Below the pieces are notes generated by a model. The model had not been told where the DNA came from, did not search any database, and saw only the letters and a list, made by a program, of their open reading frames with translations. From assembly GCA_002269645.1 (NCBI GenBank), contig NIVC01002053.1:1-64000 (forward strand): a DNA stretch of 64,000 bases, read 5' to 3'. Source of the stretch: Macrostomum lignano. Lineage: Eukaryota. Below, piece by piece: positions 43,383 to 63,820 of the stretch. Each line of letters starts with the position of its first letter. The stretch's first letter is position 1. The position numbers and the translations under genes are program-made.

Positions 43383-44040
43383 TTACATGGCACAGCCGTT
43401 CGTCAGTATGAAATATTCTGGCTATGCCCACCCCTAATTTATGCGATATGCATGCATGCATCTCTCACACATTGCTACTGGCAGTACTGCCACGCGATAG
43501 CCTGCTGAATCAGTGCAACTGGCTTAATCACAGCTGATATCTAGTCAGAAACGTGATTTTATTTTATTTTATTATTTTAATACTTGTTAGAAAATATGAA
43601 AATCGGATAATAAGAAGTACATCATTATCATAAAAGTACTTCTGACTTAGGAAAGTATTTATTTAAACTTTAAATGTATGGCTACAGCTACTGGAAGCCG
43701 TCATGTTCTTTAATTAACTGTTGGACACTTTTTGCTGGGCCTTCCGTGTTCTCAGGAGAGGAGGGGGTTAAGGGGTGACAATTCGCCATTCGGCGCTTTT
43801 GTTTCTCAAGGCGACAGTCCTGTCTAATTACGGTTGAAAACTGCGTGCGCCAAATGTGACTGTTTGAAGAGGCTTACAGCAAGCTGGTTCGGAAAGTTCA
43901 CAGGCGGAATAGAAAACGTGTTTTTTAGGAATGCTGATTGAAGGCAATGTGACCCTGTAAAATCTTACTGTACCGTAGAAATACAGTCAGTTTGAAAGTT
44001 TAAAGCTTTTTATAACTAATCGAGGGATGTCGGAGGGTGC

Positions 44041-44760
44041 CAGTGAATGTTAGTGAATGTTAGTGAATGTCAGTGAATGTCAGTGACTGTCAGTGAATGT
44101 CAGCGAATGTCAGTGAATGTTAGTGAATGTCAGTGAATGTCAGCGAATGTCAGTGAATGTTAGTGAATGTTAGTGAATGTCAGTGAATGTCAGTGACTGT
44201 CAGTGAATGTCAGCGAATGTCAGTGAATGTTAGTGAATGTCAGTGAATGTCAGTGAATGTCAGCAAATGTCAGTGAATGTCTGTGAATGTTAGTGAATGT
44301 CAGTGAATGTCAGCAAATGTCAGTGAATGTCTGTGAATGTTAGTGAATGTTAGTGAATGTTAGTGAATGCCAGCGAATGTCAGTAGATGTAAGTGAATGT
44401 CAGTGAATGTCAGTAAATGTCAATAAATGTCAGTGATGTCAATGGATGCCAGTAGATGTTAGTTGATGTCAGCGGATGTCAGCAGATGCCAGTTGATGTT
44501 AGTTAATGTCAGCGGATGATTTCAGCGGATGTCAGTAGATGTTAGTTGATGTCAGCGCGATTATGTCAGCGGATGTCAGCAAATGTCAGCGGATGTCAGC
44601 GGATGTCAGCAGATGCCAGTAGATGTTAGTTAATTTCAGCGGATGTCAGCGGATGTCAGTGAATTTCAGCAAATGTACGAGTAAGTGGATGTCAACGGAT
44701 GTTTGTGGATGTGAGCGGATGTCAGTAGATGTCAGCGAATATCAGGGTGTTAGTTGATGT
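44041..44760. repeat. 10-bp satellite (CAGTGAATGT), degenerating rightwards
   Basis: Direct inspection. Confidence 0.9.
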
Positions 44761-45196
44761 TAGTGGATATCGCTGATGTCAGATCAACCTTCGACTTGCT
44801 CCATTGGCAAAATAATAAGCTTAGCTGAGACATTGCCAGCTTAGTTCTCAGAAACTGAAGGCCTCCTAGCTAGCCGATGCATCTTGCAACGAAATTTGCA
44901 CCATTAGCGAGTGCAGCGGTCTTCTGCTTCAGCTGTTCATGCCCAGTACTTACTGAAGCGGCAGCGCCCTAATTGATTGATGCTAAGTGCCCGAGAACTC
45001 TGTACTTTTCTCCATTAATTAGCTAACCTAATCAACCGATTCGGGCCAGATTGAGTCGAGACCGGGCTCGCCTCGATGGACTCGGGGACGCAAACCCATG
45101 TTAATTGATTGCGGCAGAGCGTTTGGAATGCTCGCAAGGCACTCCTCGGACATTGAATAGCGCCGCCTCTTTTATGGAGTCCGATTGACGAAACTA

Positions 45197-47468
<2,272 letters not shown>

Positions 47469-47744
47469 CGTGTCTGCAATTCCTAAAGTATTGGGGACCT
47501 GAATTTGAGTCTGGGAGCACAAATTCAATTAGTTCTGGAGCGGATTTTCTGGAGCGCTTCCTCACTCGGCAGGCACCCGGGGAGCAATCCTGCTGAGACC
47601 AATTAGACTGATGAGTCACTTGACAGGTTAATCCTTGAGCTAGTTGAATCGATCGAAATGGATGGATGGTCCTGTGGAATTATTGTCAACTGCTGATTCA
47701 ATATGATTCTCTGAGGGCTGCTTTGGACACAAAAATGCGTCGTT

Positions 47745-49150
47745 CATAATCTCTGAGTAAACTGCTCATACTCTCTCAGTAACCTGCTCATACTCTCTGA
47801 CTAACCTGCTCATACTCTCTGACTAACCTGCTCATAATCTCTGAGTAAACTGCTCATACTCTCTGACTAACCTGCTCATACTCTCTGACTAACCTGCTCA
47901 TAATCTCTGAGTAAACTGCTCATACTCTCTGAGTAAACTGCTCATACTCTCTGACTAACCTGCTCATACTCTCTGACTAACCTGCTCATAATCTCTGAGT
48001 AAACTGCTCATACTCTCTCAGTAACCTGCTCATACTCTCTGACTAACCTGCTCATAATCTCTGAGTAAACTGCTCATACTCTCTGAGTAAACTGCTCATA
48101 CTCTCTGAGTAAACTGCTCATACTCTCTGAGTAAACTGCTCATACTCTCTGAGTAAACTGCTCATACTCTCTGACTAACCTGCTCATAATCTCTGAGTAA
48201 ACTGCTCATACTCTCTGAGTAAACTGCTCATACTCTCTGAGTAACCTGCTCATAATCTCTGAGTAACCTGCTCATACTCTCTGAGTAACCTGCTCATACT
48301 CTCTGACTAACCTGCTCATACTCTCTGACTAACCTGCTCATAATCTCTGAGTAACCTGCTCATACTCTCTGAGTAAACTGCTCATACTCTCTGAGTAAAC
48401 TGCTCATAATCTCTGAGTAAACTGCTCATACTCTCTGAGTAAACTGCTCATACTCTCTGACTAACCTGCTCATAATCTCTGAGTAAACTGCTCATACTCT
48501 CTGAGTAAACTGCTCATACTCTCTGACTAACCTGCTCATACTCTCTGACTAACCTGCTCATAATCTCTGAGTAAACTGCTCATACTCTCTCAGTAACCTG
48601 CTCATACTCTCTGACTAACCTGCTCATAATCTCTGAGTAAACTGCTCATACTCTCTGAGTAAACTGCTCATACTCTCTGAGTAAACTGCTCATACTCTCT
48701 GAGTAAACTGCTCATACTCTCTGAGTAAACTGCTCATAATCTCTGAGTAAACTGCTCATACTCTCTGAGTAAACTGCTCATACTCTCTGAGTAAACTGCT
48801 CATAATCTCTGAGTAAACTGCTCATACTCTCTGACTAACCTGCTCATACTCTCTGACTAACCTGCTCATACTCTCTGAGTAAACTGCTCATAATCTCTGA
48901 GTAAACTGCTCATACTCTCTGACTAACCTGCTCATAATCTCTGAGTAACCTGCTCATAATCTCTGAGTAACCTGCTCATACTCTCTGAGTAAACTGCTCA
49001 TACCCTCTGAGTAAACCGCTCATAATCTCTGAGTAACCTGCTCATAATCTCTGAGTAACCTGCTCATAATCTCTGAGTAACCTGCTCATAATCTCTGAGT
49101 AACCTGCTCATAATCTCTGAGTAACCTGCTCATAATCTCTGAGTAAACTT
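47745..49150. repeat. 22-bp minisatellite (CTCTGAGTAAACTGCTCATACT)
   Basis: Direct inspection. Confidence 0.95.
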
Positions 49151-49911
49151 TTCATTCTCGTTGAGTAAACCGCTCAGATCCCCAGTGTCTTCTTCTAAGT
49201 ATTAGCCCAGTATTTTTCTACCGGAAACTCACCGGAAGTTTCCCTTTCCGCTTCCATTGCTGCTACTGCTGGCGGTGTTCTCAAGCCTGGACAAGTTGAG
49301 CTCCATGAGCTTGGCTGAGCCGTGCTGTCCCCGAGAATTCCGAGTTCGTCACTGCCTGCTGTTCGTCAAGCAATTTAATCACTCTACTGACTGCCAGTTG
49401 CATTAGGGTCAACACCGCAATCTTCTTTTAGAGGAATAGAGAAGGGAAATCCACGGTGGCACTTAAATATCCGTTCTTATTTCTCTTTCCTTGTGTTTTC
49501 TACTCGATACAGAGGTAGGCCCGGGGCTTTTTTACTGCTAAATTTCTTCAGTGTTTCTCCGCAGCGCAAAGACGAGACGAGGCCTTCTCTCTCTTTTCCC
49601 ATCTAAAACTTTTCCTCCGGCTGAAAGCGGACCAGTGCCCTAAGTAATTATAAGTGCTGGGCCGCGCCACTCCTGATTACACGCTCCATTGGCGCGCGTC
49701 CAATACTCGCCCGCCCATCAGCTGGAGTGCTTGCTGCAGGACTCCGAGCTTCTGTCTCCCCTCTCTCTCAACCCAGTCTCTCCGCTTCTATCCTTAGCCA
49801 TATACTAGTCTATCAGCTGCTACACAGGTTTCACTTTTTATTGAACTGGCCGGCTCTACAGCAGGGCTTTTAAGTCAAATAGCCAGCCTTTTCTAGTGTG
49901 ATGAATCATCA

Positions 49912-51345
49912 CAGGATTCACTGGCGCCTCACTGGATTCACTGGCGCCTCATAGGATTCACTGGCGCCTCACTGGATTCACTGGCGCCTCACAGGATTCA
50001 CTGACGCCTCACTGGATTCACTGGCGCCTCACTGGATTCACTGGCGCCTCACTGGATATACTGGCGCCTCACTGGATTCACTGGCGCCTCACTGGATTTC
50101 CTGGCGCCTCACTGGATTCACTGGCGCCTCACTGGATTCACTGGCGCCTCACTGGATTCACTGGCGCCTCACTGGATATACTGGCGCCTCACTGGATTCA
50201 CTGGCGCCTCACTGGATTTCCTGGCGCCTCACTGGATTCACTGGCGCCTCACTGGATTCACTGGCGCCTCACTGGATTCACTGGCGCCTCACTGGATATA
50301 CTGGCGCCTCACTGGATTCACTGGCGCCTCACTGGATATACTGGCGCCTCACAGGATTCACTGACGCCTCACTAGATTCACTGGCGCCTCACTGGATTCA
50401 CTGGCGCCTCACTGGATTCACTGGCGCCTCACTGGATTTCCTGGCGCCTCACAGGATTCACTGACGCCTCACTAGATTCACTGGCGCCTCACTGGATTTC
50501 CTGGCGCCTCACTAGATTTACTGGCACATCACAGGATTTACTGGCACATCACAGGATTCACTGGCGCCTCACTGGATTTCCTGGCGCCTCACTAGATTTA
50601 CTGGCACATCACAGGATTTACTGGCACATCACAGGATTCACTGGCGCCTCACTGGATTCACTGGCGCCTCACTGGATCTACTGGCGCCTCACTGGATCTA
50701 CTGGCGCCTCACTGGATTCACTGGCGCCTCACTGAATCTACTGGCGCCTCACTGGATCCATTAGCACCTCACTGGATCTACTGGCGCCTCACTGAATCTA
50801 CTGGCGCCTCACTGGATCCATTAGCACCTCACTGGATCTACTGGCGCCTCACTGAATCTACTGGCGCCTTACTGGATCCATTAGCACCTCACTGGATCTA
50901 CTGGCGCCTCACTGAATCTACTGGCGCCTTACTGGATCCATTAGCACCTCACTGGATCTACTGACGCCTCACTGAATCTACTGGCGCCTCACTGGATCCA
51001 TTAGCACCTCACTGGATCTACTGGCGCCTCACTGAATCTACTGGCGCCTTACTGGATCCATTAGCACCTCACTGGATCTACTGACGCCTCACTGAATCTA
51101 CTGGCGCCTCACTGGATCCATTAGCACCTCACTGGATCTACTGACGCCTCACTGAATCTACTGGCGCCTCACTGAATCTACTGGCGCCTCACTGGATCCA
51201 TTAGCACCTCACTGGATCTACTGGCGCCTCACTGAATCTACTGGCGCCTCACTGGATCCATTAGCACCTCACTGGATCTACTGGCGCCTCACTGAATCTA
51301 CTGGCGCCTTACTGGATCCATTAGCACCTCACTGGATATACTGGA
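49912..51345. repeat. 20-bp minisatellite (CTGGCGCCTCACTGGATTCA), with a 60-bp higher-order unit in its 3' part
   Basis: Direct inspection. Confidence 0.95.
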
Positions 51346-51950
51346 TATATGTTTCACTGAAAATAAAGGATAGTTACTACTGACTCTTCCTTCGAGTTGT
51401 GCAGTTATTCTGCAGGCAATATTCGCAAAAAGACTGCGGGTGGCGACCTTCGGCGACCGGTTGTCCCACAATCAGCAGAGAGACGAATATTCCTTTCGCT
51501 CACGGGGGAATCGCTGAACTGCTGTGGCTCATGGGAGGAGGTTGCTGAGATGCCAAGGGTCAATTGGGAGTTGTTGATAGGCCAAGCAAGCATCAAAGGG
51601 AGAGTTAGGGTTAAGCCAAAGCGCAAAGTGTGTACTACTATCTTAGGCTATAGAAAGCAGGCTTCGATGGTGGATGCTTTTTTTGCCTTAAGCATCATTT
51701 TCCTTAAGAAACCAACAATAGTGACTGTAAAATGTCCGAATACATAACATGCAGTTTATTCAAAATTTATTTCTTTGCTGCCTCCCCAACGGGGGGCGCA
51801 GATTGCTAGTCCACTATACTAAAAATAGTTTGTCGGTATCTATCTATGTGAGCGTAAACGATTTCAGAGAATAATGGCTCAGCCGATTTTTATGAGATTT
51901 GCACCATTTAGATAAAAAATTATACCTATTTTTCTGATTCTTGAGCACAC

Positions 51951-52158
51951 ACAAGCACACCAATGCTGTACGCAGGCACGCACTCATACACAGCTCACAC
52001 AGGGTGAACAGCGGCCCTGACTATCTAATCGTCAGGCATGTACACTCTGTGTCTTAAGGTTCGGCTCTCATGGGACTGTGAATTGCACGGCAACCCCCTC
52101 GGCCGATTTTCGTGGACACAAGCCCCCCCCTGGGATCGTGCAGGCGCGAGAGTCAGAC
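51951..52158 (-). mobile_element. SINE-like repeat, family B, second copy
   Basis: Reverse complement shares TCTGACTCTCGCG, GTACATGCCTGA.GATTAGA.AGTCAGGGCCGCTG and CACCCTGTGTGAGC..TGTATGAGTGCGTGCCTGCGTACAG with 17060-17265. Confidence 0.7.
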
Positions 52159-52463
52159 CAATGGCACTGTTTTGAGGGCACTATTGAAGACCCTTGAAAC
52201 TACTTTTTATGGTTTTATTTTATAAAAATCTGCTTATTATGCCACTGATAGTAGACATCTATGCAGCTGAATAAACTCCTTAGTGAACGTTTGTATTTAT
52301 GATTAAATAAACTTCTCTATAGCTAGATCTGCTATCAAAACTAAATGCCAAATTCTGAATATCTTAAGCTTGCAGTGGGCAGAAAAGTCAATAACTAATA
52401 ATTCCTATACATGGCCTTCTGAAATTCAGATTTCCGTTTCGACTGAAAGACTGAAAGCTTAAA

Positions 52464-56398
<3,935 letters not shown>

Positions 56399-56599
56399 TG
56401 ATTGACAGCTCCGGTTGAATTCTAAGCTACTTTGATAAGCTTACTGGGCTCAGGCAGTTTGCATAGACAAGATATATATAGATTGGCTCTCCTAAACACC
56501 TTCAGCTCTGTTTAGTTGTCTATGGCAGAGAGTAGAGAAAGTCTCTATTTTTTGCAATGCAAGTGAGAATTTATGCGAAGTACTCACTGTTGCTGCTCG

Positions 56600-56800
56600 A
56601 CACTCAGTGACAACCGCTGCCCTCTCATATCCTTCAGTGACCTCAGCTGTCCTTTCAGATCCTTCAGTGACCTCTGCTGCCATCTCAGATCCCTCAGTGA
56701 CCTCCGCTGTCCTTTCAGATCCTTCAGTGACCTCTGCTACCCTCTCAGATCCTTCAGTGACCTCCGCTGTCCTTTCAGATCCTTCAGTGACCTCCGCCGC
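56600..56800. repeat. 30-bp minisatellite (GATCCTTCAGTGACCTCYGCTGTCCTYTCA), small array
   Basis: Same unit as 59764-60615. Confidence 0.9.
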
Positions 56801-57339
56801 TCTGTTTGGTTCTTCAGCGAGCTGCCAAGCAGAAGACCATTGCATTCAAAAACAGCTTTTCATCAAGTGAGTATGGTATATTGCAGTAGTAAATACAGCA
56901 TATCAGACTATTTATTTAGCAAATCACACATGAACCAGTAACAGTGCAAATTATTTCGATAATAGCTATGGAATACAACAGTACAGGTGACTCAACTGAC
57001 TAAACACATGGCAAGATACTGTGGTAATTTGAGCTCTAGAAGCATGCGAGAGTCAGGAGCAGTCGCAGGTACCTGCACCTCGAGGTCAGAGTTTAGTGCA
57101 TCATCAATTGGAGCAGAAACATTTATGAAACTGAAGACGTTTGGTGGCGAATAATGTGAAGAAAACGCGATGATGTACAATCAAACGGAGGTGGTTGACG
57201 CTGGTACAGCGATCGGTGGCGCTTCTCAATTTAAATTATGACAAAATAGCTGAAAAACCAAATACACTACTCAAGACTCAAAGCAGTAGTATAACTTGTT
57301 TAGATTTGCATTGGTATCAGATGTCAACAAGACCTTTAC

Positions 57340-57680
57340 TAACTCTGGCGAATCTCTCTGGTAGGGGGTGACAAATCTCTCTGAGGGTGGGGGACGAATC
57401 TTTATGGAAGGGGGGCAAATCTCTATGGAAGGAAGGAAAATCTCTATGGAAGGGGGGCAAATCTCTATGGAAGGGGGGCAAATCTCTATGGAAGGGGAGC
57501 AAATCTCTATGGAAGGGGGCAAATCTCTATGGAAGGGGGCAAATCTCTATGGAAGGGGGCAAATCTCTATGGAAGGGAGGCAAATCTCTATGGAAGGGAG
57601 GCAAATCTCTATGGAAGGGGGGCAAATCTCTATGGAAGGGGGGCAAATCTCTTTGGAAGGGAGGCAAATCTCCATGGAAG
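57340..57680. repeat. 20-21-bp minisatellite (AAATCTCTATGGAAGGGGGC)
   Basis: Direct inspection. Confidence 0.92.
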
Positions 57681-57754
57681 GTCTTCGGTAGGAGATTTTT
57701 GCATCTTTGACTTTGCCGGAACTCTGGTTTTGACGCGCTCAAGTCAGCGAAGCA

Positions 57755-60700
57755 TCAAATCTGTGCCTCCAGCAGTTTGTACCAGCCCTGCACCGAGCGG
57801 CCGCCTCCAGCGTCACCCGCGCAGTCGTCCACGCAGATGACGGCCTCGCCAAGCCGCCGCCTACCCGGGCCTTTGATCTCGCCGCCGCCCAGCTCGGAGC
57901 TCGCCGAAACCTTCCCAGACAGCAGAGTGGCCTGAAGGAGCAGCAGGCCGCTCGTGGCCGACCTCGCCGCCGCCAACTGTTGACTGTCGAACTCCATCGT
58001 CTCGGCGAAATCTACACCGCTCAGACCGAGCCGCTGGGCCCGGGTTCGACGCCTGGCCCGCGCAGTGCCCAGAAGCGACAGCTCGCAGCAGCAGTGCAGC
58101 CCGGCGGCTGCTGCTACCAAGTTGCGGCACTGGCGCGGCGTCACTCGCAGGCGGCCGCCGTCGTTAGACTCGGCGCTCAAGCGGAGGTCCAGGAAGAGCT
58201 CGCCGGAGACCAGCTGGTCGTCTGGCAGGTCGCCTGGTTGAGGTGGCGGCGGTGGCGGATCGTGAGGAAATTCCCTGACGTGTACATGATTAATTGTGGG
58301 TAAGCCTTCTAAATATACTAAATCTCTAAGGTTTGTATGCTTGCTTGCTTGAATGTCCATAACGCTCTAGAGATTGCAATTCTTCACTTAGTACTAAATT
58401 GGGAAGGTCTTACTCCTCATGAACTTCCAAGTTGTTAATCTTTGCTTCTTTCTAATTTATTTTGGAGAAATGGCATCCTAGGGAGCTTTGAGGGTCAATT
58501 GGGATTAGTGGGAGAAATGGCATCCTAGGGATCTTTGAGGGTCAATTGGGATTAGTGGGAGAAATGGCATCCTAGGGATCTCTGCAGGCCCATTGGGATT
58601 AGTGGGAGAAATGGCATCCTAGGGATCTTTGAGGGTCAATTGGGATTAGTGGGAGAAATGGCATCCTAGGGATCTTTGAGGGTCAATTGGGATTAGTGGG
58701 AGAAATGGCATCCTAGGGATCTTTGAGGGTCAATTGGGATTAGTGGGAGAAATGGCATCCTAGGGATTTCTGCAGGCCCATTGGGATTAGTGGGAGAAAT
58801 GGCATCCTAGGGATCTCTGCAGGCCCATTGGGATTAGTGTGAGAAATGGCAACCTAGTGATCTCTGCAGATCCGGTGCAAAGTGCTCACCGCCTCTCTCG
58901 GTGCGCGTCGCCTCGCCGATGAGCAGCAGCTGGCCGGGTCCGAGCCACCGCCTGACTGACTCTCGCTGCTCCTCGGACAGGAAGTCCGTGTTCACCGTGG
59001 AGCAGCTGCTGTCGGACTGGCTTGCCGCTGTGCCGCATCCGCCCAGACTCCACTGCTGTTGCTCTGCAAAAGTTCACAGAGTGACTGTCCGATCGCCGCT
59101 CTCACGAGCTCACAACGTCACTATTTTGGCTCTCAGCATTTGATGGACGGGAAATTTGAACTGTCAAGAAGGCTCATTCAAGATGATAGAATTTCGATGC
59201 TGAAAATCTGACGGGCTCCTCACCAAGTGCACTGGGTCCTCGCCCGCCGCCAACGCCGCAGTTCTGTCTGAGTTTTGGTGGGGCCTCTGCAATTTATCCG
59301 GCGGGAAGGCGGCAACTGTCTGCGGCTTAGGGATAAAAGCCACTACTACGGAAGGATAAGGATATTCGTGAGGAATAGAAGGATATCTAGATACCAGGGC
59401 TGATAGGTTACAGCTGTCATATTGCTTGTCCCAAAGTCGCAAACAGCAAATTTAAGTGACGCATTTGCGGCAGCCGCTCCGCAACAAATAATAACCACAG
59501 CAAAACAACGGCAGAGGAGGCAAGCAACGCAAAGCATCAGTCAGTAACTTAGCTGACCGAACCTTCAATTCAAAGCATTTGAGGGACAGTTCTGCAATGC
59601 ACCGCATGCAGAATATTGGTCAGAAAGAAAATAAAAAGAAAATTTTTTGAGGCAATATTGCACACTTCAATAGTAAAATTTTTCCTGTTTGTCTTGACTG
59701 CTGCGTCAAATTTTCCTGTTAAGTTAAGTACAGCACTCTCTTCAATCTTTAGTCACTTGCTCCGTGATCCTTCAGTGACCTCTGCTACCCTCCCAGATCC
59801 TCCAGTGACCTCCGTTGCCCTCCCAGATCCTTCAGTGACCTCCGCTGTCCTTTCAGATCCTTCAGTGGCCTCCGCTGCCCTCCCAGATTCTTCAGTGACC
59901 TCCGCTGTCCTCCCAGATCCTTCAGTGACCTTTGCTGCCCTTCCAGATCCCTTAGTGACCTCCGCTGTCCTCTCAGATCCTTCAGTGACCTCCGCTGTCC
60001 TTTCAGATCCTTCAATGGCCTCCGCTGCCCTCCCAGATTCTTCAGTGACCTCCGCAGCCCTCCCAGATTCTTCATTGACCTTCGCTGCCCTCCCAACTCC
60101 CTCAGTGACCTCTGCTGTCCTCTCAGATCCTTCAGTGACCTCTGCTGTCCTCTCAGATCCATCAGTGACCTCTGCTGTCCTCTTAGATCCTTCAGTGACC
60201 TCTGCTGTCCTCTCAGATCCTTCAGTGACCTCAGCTGTCCTCTCAGATCCTTCAGTGACCTCTGCTGTCCTCTCAGATCCATCAGTGACCTCTGCTGTCC
60301 TCTCAGATCCATCAGTGACCTCTGCTGTCCTCCCAGATCCTTCAGTGACCTCCGCTGTCCATCTCAGATTCTTCAGTGACCTCCGCTGTCCTCCCAGATC
60401 CATCAGTGACCTCTGCTGACCTGCCAGATCCTTCAGTGACCTCTGCTGTCCTCTCAAATCCATCAGTGACCTCCGCTACCCTCACAGGTTCTTCAGTGAC
60501 CTCCGCTGTCTTCCCAGATCCTTCAGTGACCTCTGCTGTCCTTTCAGATCCATCAGTGACCTCTGCTGTCCTCCCAGATTCTTCAGTGACCTCCGCTGTC
60601 CTCTCAGATCCTTAAGTGTCCTCCGCTTACGTCTCCCAAGGTCAGGTAAGGTCAGCAAAGAGATGCCAAGAATCCCAGAAGCAGATGCGGCAGTCTCATG

Positions 60701-63700
60701 CGGGTCTAAGCCGTTTGTAAAATATAATATATGAAGAAGTTAAATCGAAAGAGAGAATTAATAATCTCACCAGATTTAAGCTAAGCTGCTCGACCCGAGG
60801 CCGGTTTGCAGTTTAAGAACAGTCGAATTTTTCCTATTAATTTTTTCCTTTAACGGCGCTGTTTTAGTAACTACGAGTATAAAATGTTCCAATGTATCTC
60901 AGACATGCTGGTACTACTGCATTGCTGCCTATGTACAACATGGTTTATGATCTTTGGAGAAGAACAGTAAACTGACATGCGTAAAACATACATACACCGG
61001 CTACGGCTGGTATTGCGCTTGGTAAATCAACAATATAAGCAGTATAAAATAAATGGGAAAGGTTAGGAGAGAGGAATATCACACACTCACTCACTCACTC
61101 ACTCACTCACTCACTCACTCACTCACTCACTCACTCACTCACTCACTCACTCACTCACTCACTCACTCACTCACTCACTCAGACACACTTGCACACACAC
61201 ACAAACGCGCGCTGCGGAGCGCAGAGAATTGGAATTTGAAATATCGCAAAAAATCGGTGGGCTTGGGGCTCGATTAATTAACATTCACTCTATATACCGT
61301 AGGTGTCGGATCTTACCAACTTCTTTGCCTCTATTCCACACCGTGAGCACAGTTGTGAGCTCAGCTCTGGCTTAGCTATTCTATAGTGCTCACGGCCGGC
61401 CCTTTTGGTCATTTCGACCTATTTGCTGTTGACGGGATTGTTGGTTGATGCTCAGATTAAGCAATAAATGGCATTCGATGCAAGTTAACCCGCGATAAGG
61501 TCGAATAAGAGTACACTAGTAAAAGTGCAAATCTTCTAGGATTAGCTCACCTTTTCCGGCGGCACCTCCGTTTGCGTTCGGGGTGTCCTTTGAGTGCCGG
61601 TGATGCTGACTTTTCTGTCGGTGTTTGAATTGGGGGATCAAGTCAATCGGGACCATAGAATTACATTATAAGGACAGTAGAGTGACATTAGGGACAGTAG
61701 AGTGACATTAGGGACAGTAGAGTGACATCAGGGACAGTAGAGTGACATTAGTGACAGTAGAGTAACATTAGGGACAGTAGAGTGACATTAGGGACAGTAG
61801 AGTGACATTAGTGACAGTAGAGTGACATTAGGGACAGTAGAGGGACATTAGGGACAGTAGAGTGACATTAGGGACAGTAGAGTGACATTAGTGACAGTTG
61901 AGTAACATTAGGGACAGTAGAGTGACATTAGGGACAGTAGAGTAACATTAGTGACAGTAGAGTGACATTAGTGACAGTAGAGTGACATTAGGGACAGTAG
62001 AGGGACATCAGGGACAGTAAGTGACATTAGTGACAGTAGAGTAACATTAGGGACAGTAGAGTGACATTAGTGACAGTAGAGTGACATTAGTGACAGTAGA
62101 GTGACACTAGGGACAATAGAGTAACATTTGGGACAGTAGAGTGACATTAGGGTCAGTAGAGTGACACTAGGGACAATAGAGTGACATTAGTGACATTAGA
62201 GTGACATCAGGGACAGTAGAGTGACATCAGGGACAGTAGAGTGACATTAGGGACAATAGAGTGACATTAGTGACAGTAGAGTGACATTAGTGAAAGTAGA
62301 GTGACATTAGGGACACTAGAGGGACATTAGGGACAGTAGAGTGACATTAGAGACAGTAGAATGACATTAGGGACAGTAGAGAGACATTAGGGACAGTAGA
62401 GAGACATTAGGGACAGTAGAGTGACACTAGGGACAATAGAGTGACATTAGTGACAGTAGAGTAACATTAGTGAAAGTAGAGTGACATTAGTGAAAGTAGA
62501 GTGACATTAGTGAAAGTAGAGTGACATTAGGGACACTAAAGGGACATTAGGGACAATAGAGTGACATTAGTGACAGTAGAGTGACATTAGTGACAGTAGA
62601 GTGACATTAGAGACAGGAGAGTGACATCAGTGACAGTAGAGTAACATTAGGGACAGTAGAGTGACATTAGGGACACTAGAGTGACTATGGGGACAGTAGA
62701 GTGACATTAGGGACACTAGAGTGACATTAGGGACAGTAGAGTGACATTAGGGACAGTAGAGTGACATTAGTGACAGTAGAGTGACATGAAAACCCTAGCC
62801 AGCCCTACTGCATGCTGCTGGTTAGAGCCCCTCTCGCCGCCTGCGCCAGCACTTGACTGTCGTTGCCGCCGACGCGATGAGCCGCCGCGAGACTGCGCCG
62901 ACGAACTGGACGGCGGCATTGGCGGCTGCGGCATCTCCTTCTCGTGCGCGTAGAGCGTGTACCAGCGCGGCTGATTGTCCATCAGCTTGCGGTCTGAGGG
63001 AAGACAGGGGTAGCTAGGGACATCTAGAGACACGTAGAGACAGCCAGAGACATCTAGAGACATCTAGAGACAGTCAAATGCATCTAGAAATAATCAGTGA
63101 CGTCAGTGACATCTAGAGACAGTCAGAGATATCTAGAGACAATCAGGGACATCTAGAGACTCTTAGAGACAATCAGAGACATCTAGAGACAATCAGGGAC
63201 ATCTAGAGACAATCAGGGACATCTAGAGACTCCTAGAGACAAGCAGAGATATCTAGAGACAGTCAGAGACATCTAGAGACAATCAGAGACATCTAGAGAC
63301 AGTCAAAGACATCTAGAGACATCTAGAGTCATCTAGAGACATCTAGAGTCATCTAGAGACAGTCAAAGACAGCTAGAGACAGTCAGAAACATCTAGAGAC
63401 AGCCAAGGACATTTCGAGATATTTCGGGAAATCTAGAAACAACCCGAGACGTCTATAGACATTAAAAAACTACAGGCAACTACGTATGTCTGTAGAAAAG
63501 TCAGATTCATCTAGAGATGTTTAAAAAGACAACCAGATGCATCTAGAGGCTTTCAGAGATAGCCAGACAATCCACGAAAGCAACGGACATAATCAGAATA
63601 TCTTAATTTGGAAAGCCCGAACCCCAAACCAGCCTCACCCAGCCGAATGACGCAGCGCCCCATAAAGTCGTTAGTCTTGAGCCGGTCATAATCCCACACC

Positions 63701-63820
63701 GAGATGTCCAGCCAGTGCTTTTTCAGTTCCCGTTTGGGCACGTCCATGAACACCACAGTCTGCTGCCAGTCGGGCTCCAGCGTGTTAGGCAGGTACTTGA
63801 TCTGGCGCTGCAGGTCCGCA
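57755..63820 (-). CDS. Piccolo/RIM-family presynaptic active-zone protein, 3' part (C2A half, linker, C2B); exons 63820-63639, 62993-62809, 61614-61551, 59286-59224, 59063-58890, 58233-57755; 5' part lies beyond the window
   Basis: TLEPDWQQTVVF..ISVWDYDRLKTNDFMG..LMDNQPRWYTL (Piccolo-like C2A), WLGPGQL (RIM-type pre-C2B motif), GELFLDL..RQCRNL..LGEAVICVD..GWYKLL* (C2B). All six exons chain in consistent phase (1,0,1,1,1); the two mini-exons are less certain. Confidence 0.85.
58462..58868. repeat. 47-bp minisatellite
   Basis: Unit GGGAGAAATGGCATCCTAGGGATCTTTGAGGGTCAATTGGGATTAGT. Confidence 0.92.
59764..60615. repeat. 30-bp minisatellite, large array
   Basis: Direct inspection. Confidence 0.95.
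61082..61181. repeat. (CACT)n microsatellite
   Basis: Direct inspection. Confidence 0.95.
61672..62786. repeat. 20-bp minisatellite (GTGACATTAGGGACAGTAGA)
   Basis: Direct inspection. Confidence 0.95.
63017..63420. repeat. Degenerate ~20-bp minisatellite (ACATCTAGAGACAGTCAGAG)
   Basis: Direct inspection. Confidence 0.88.
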
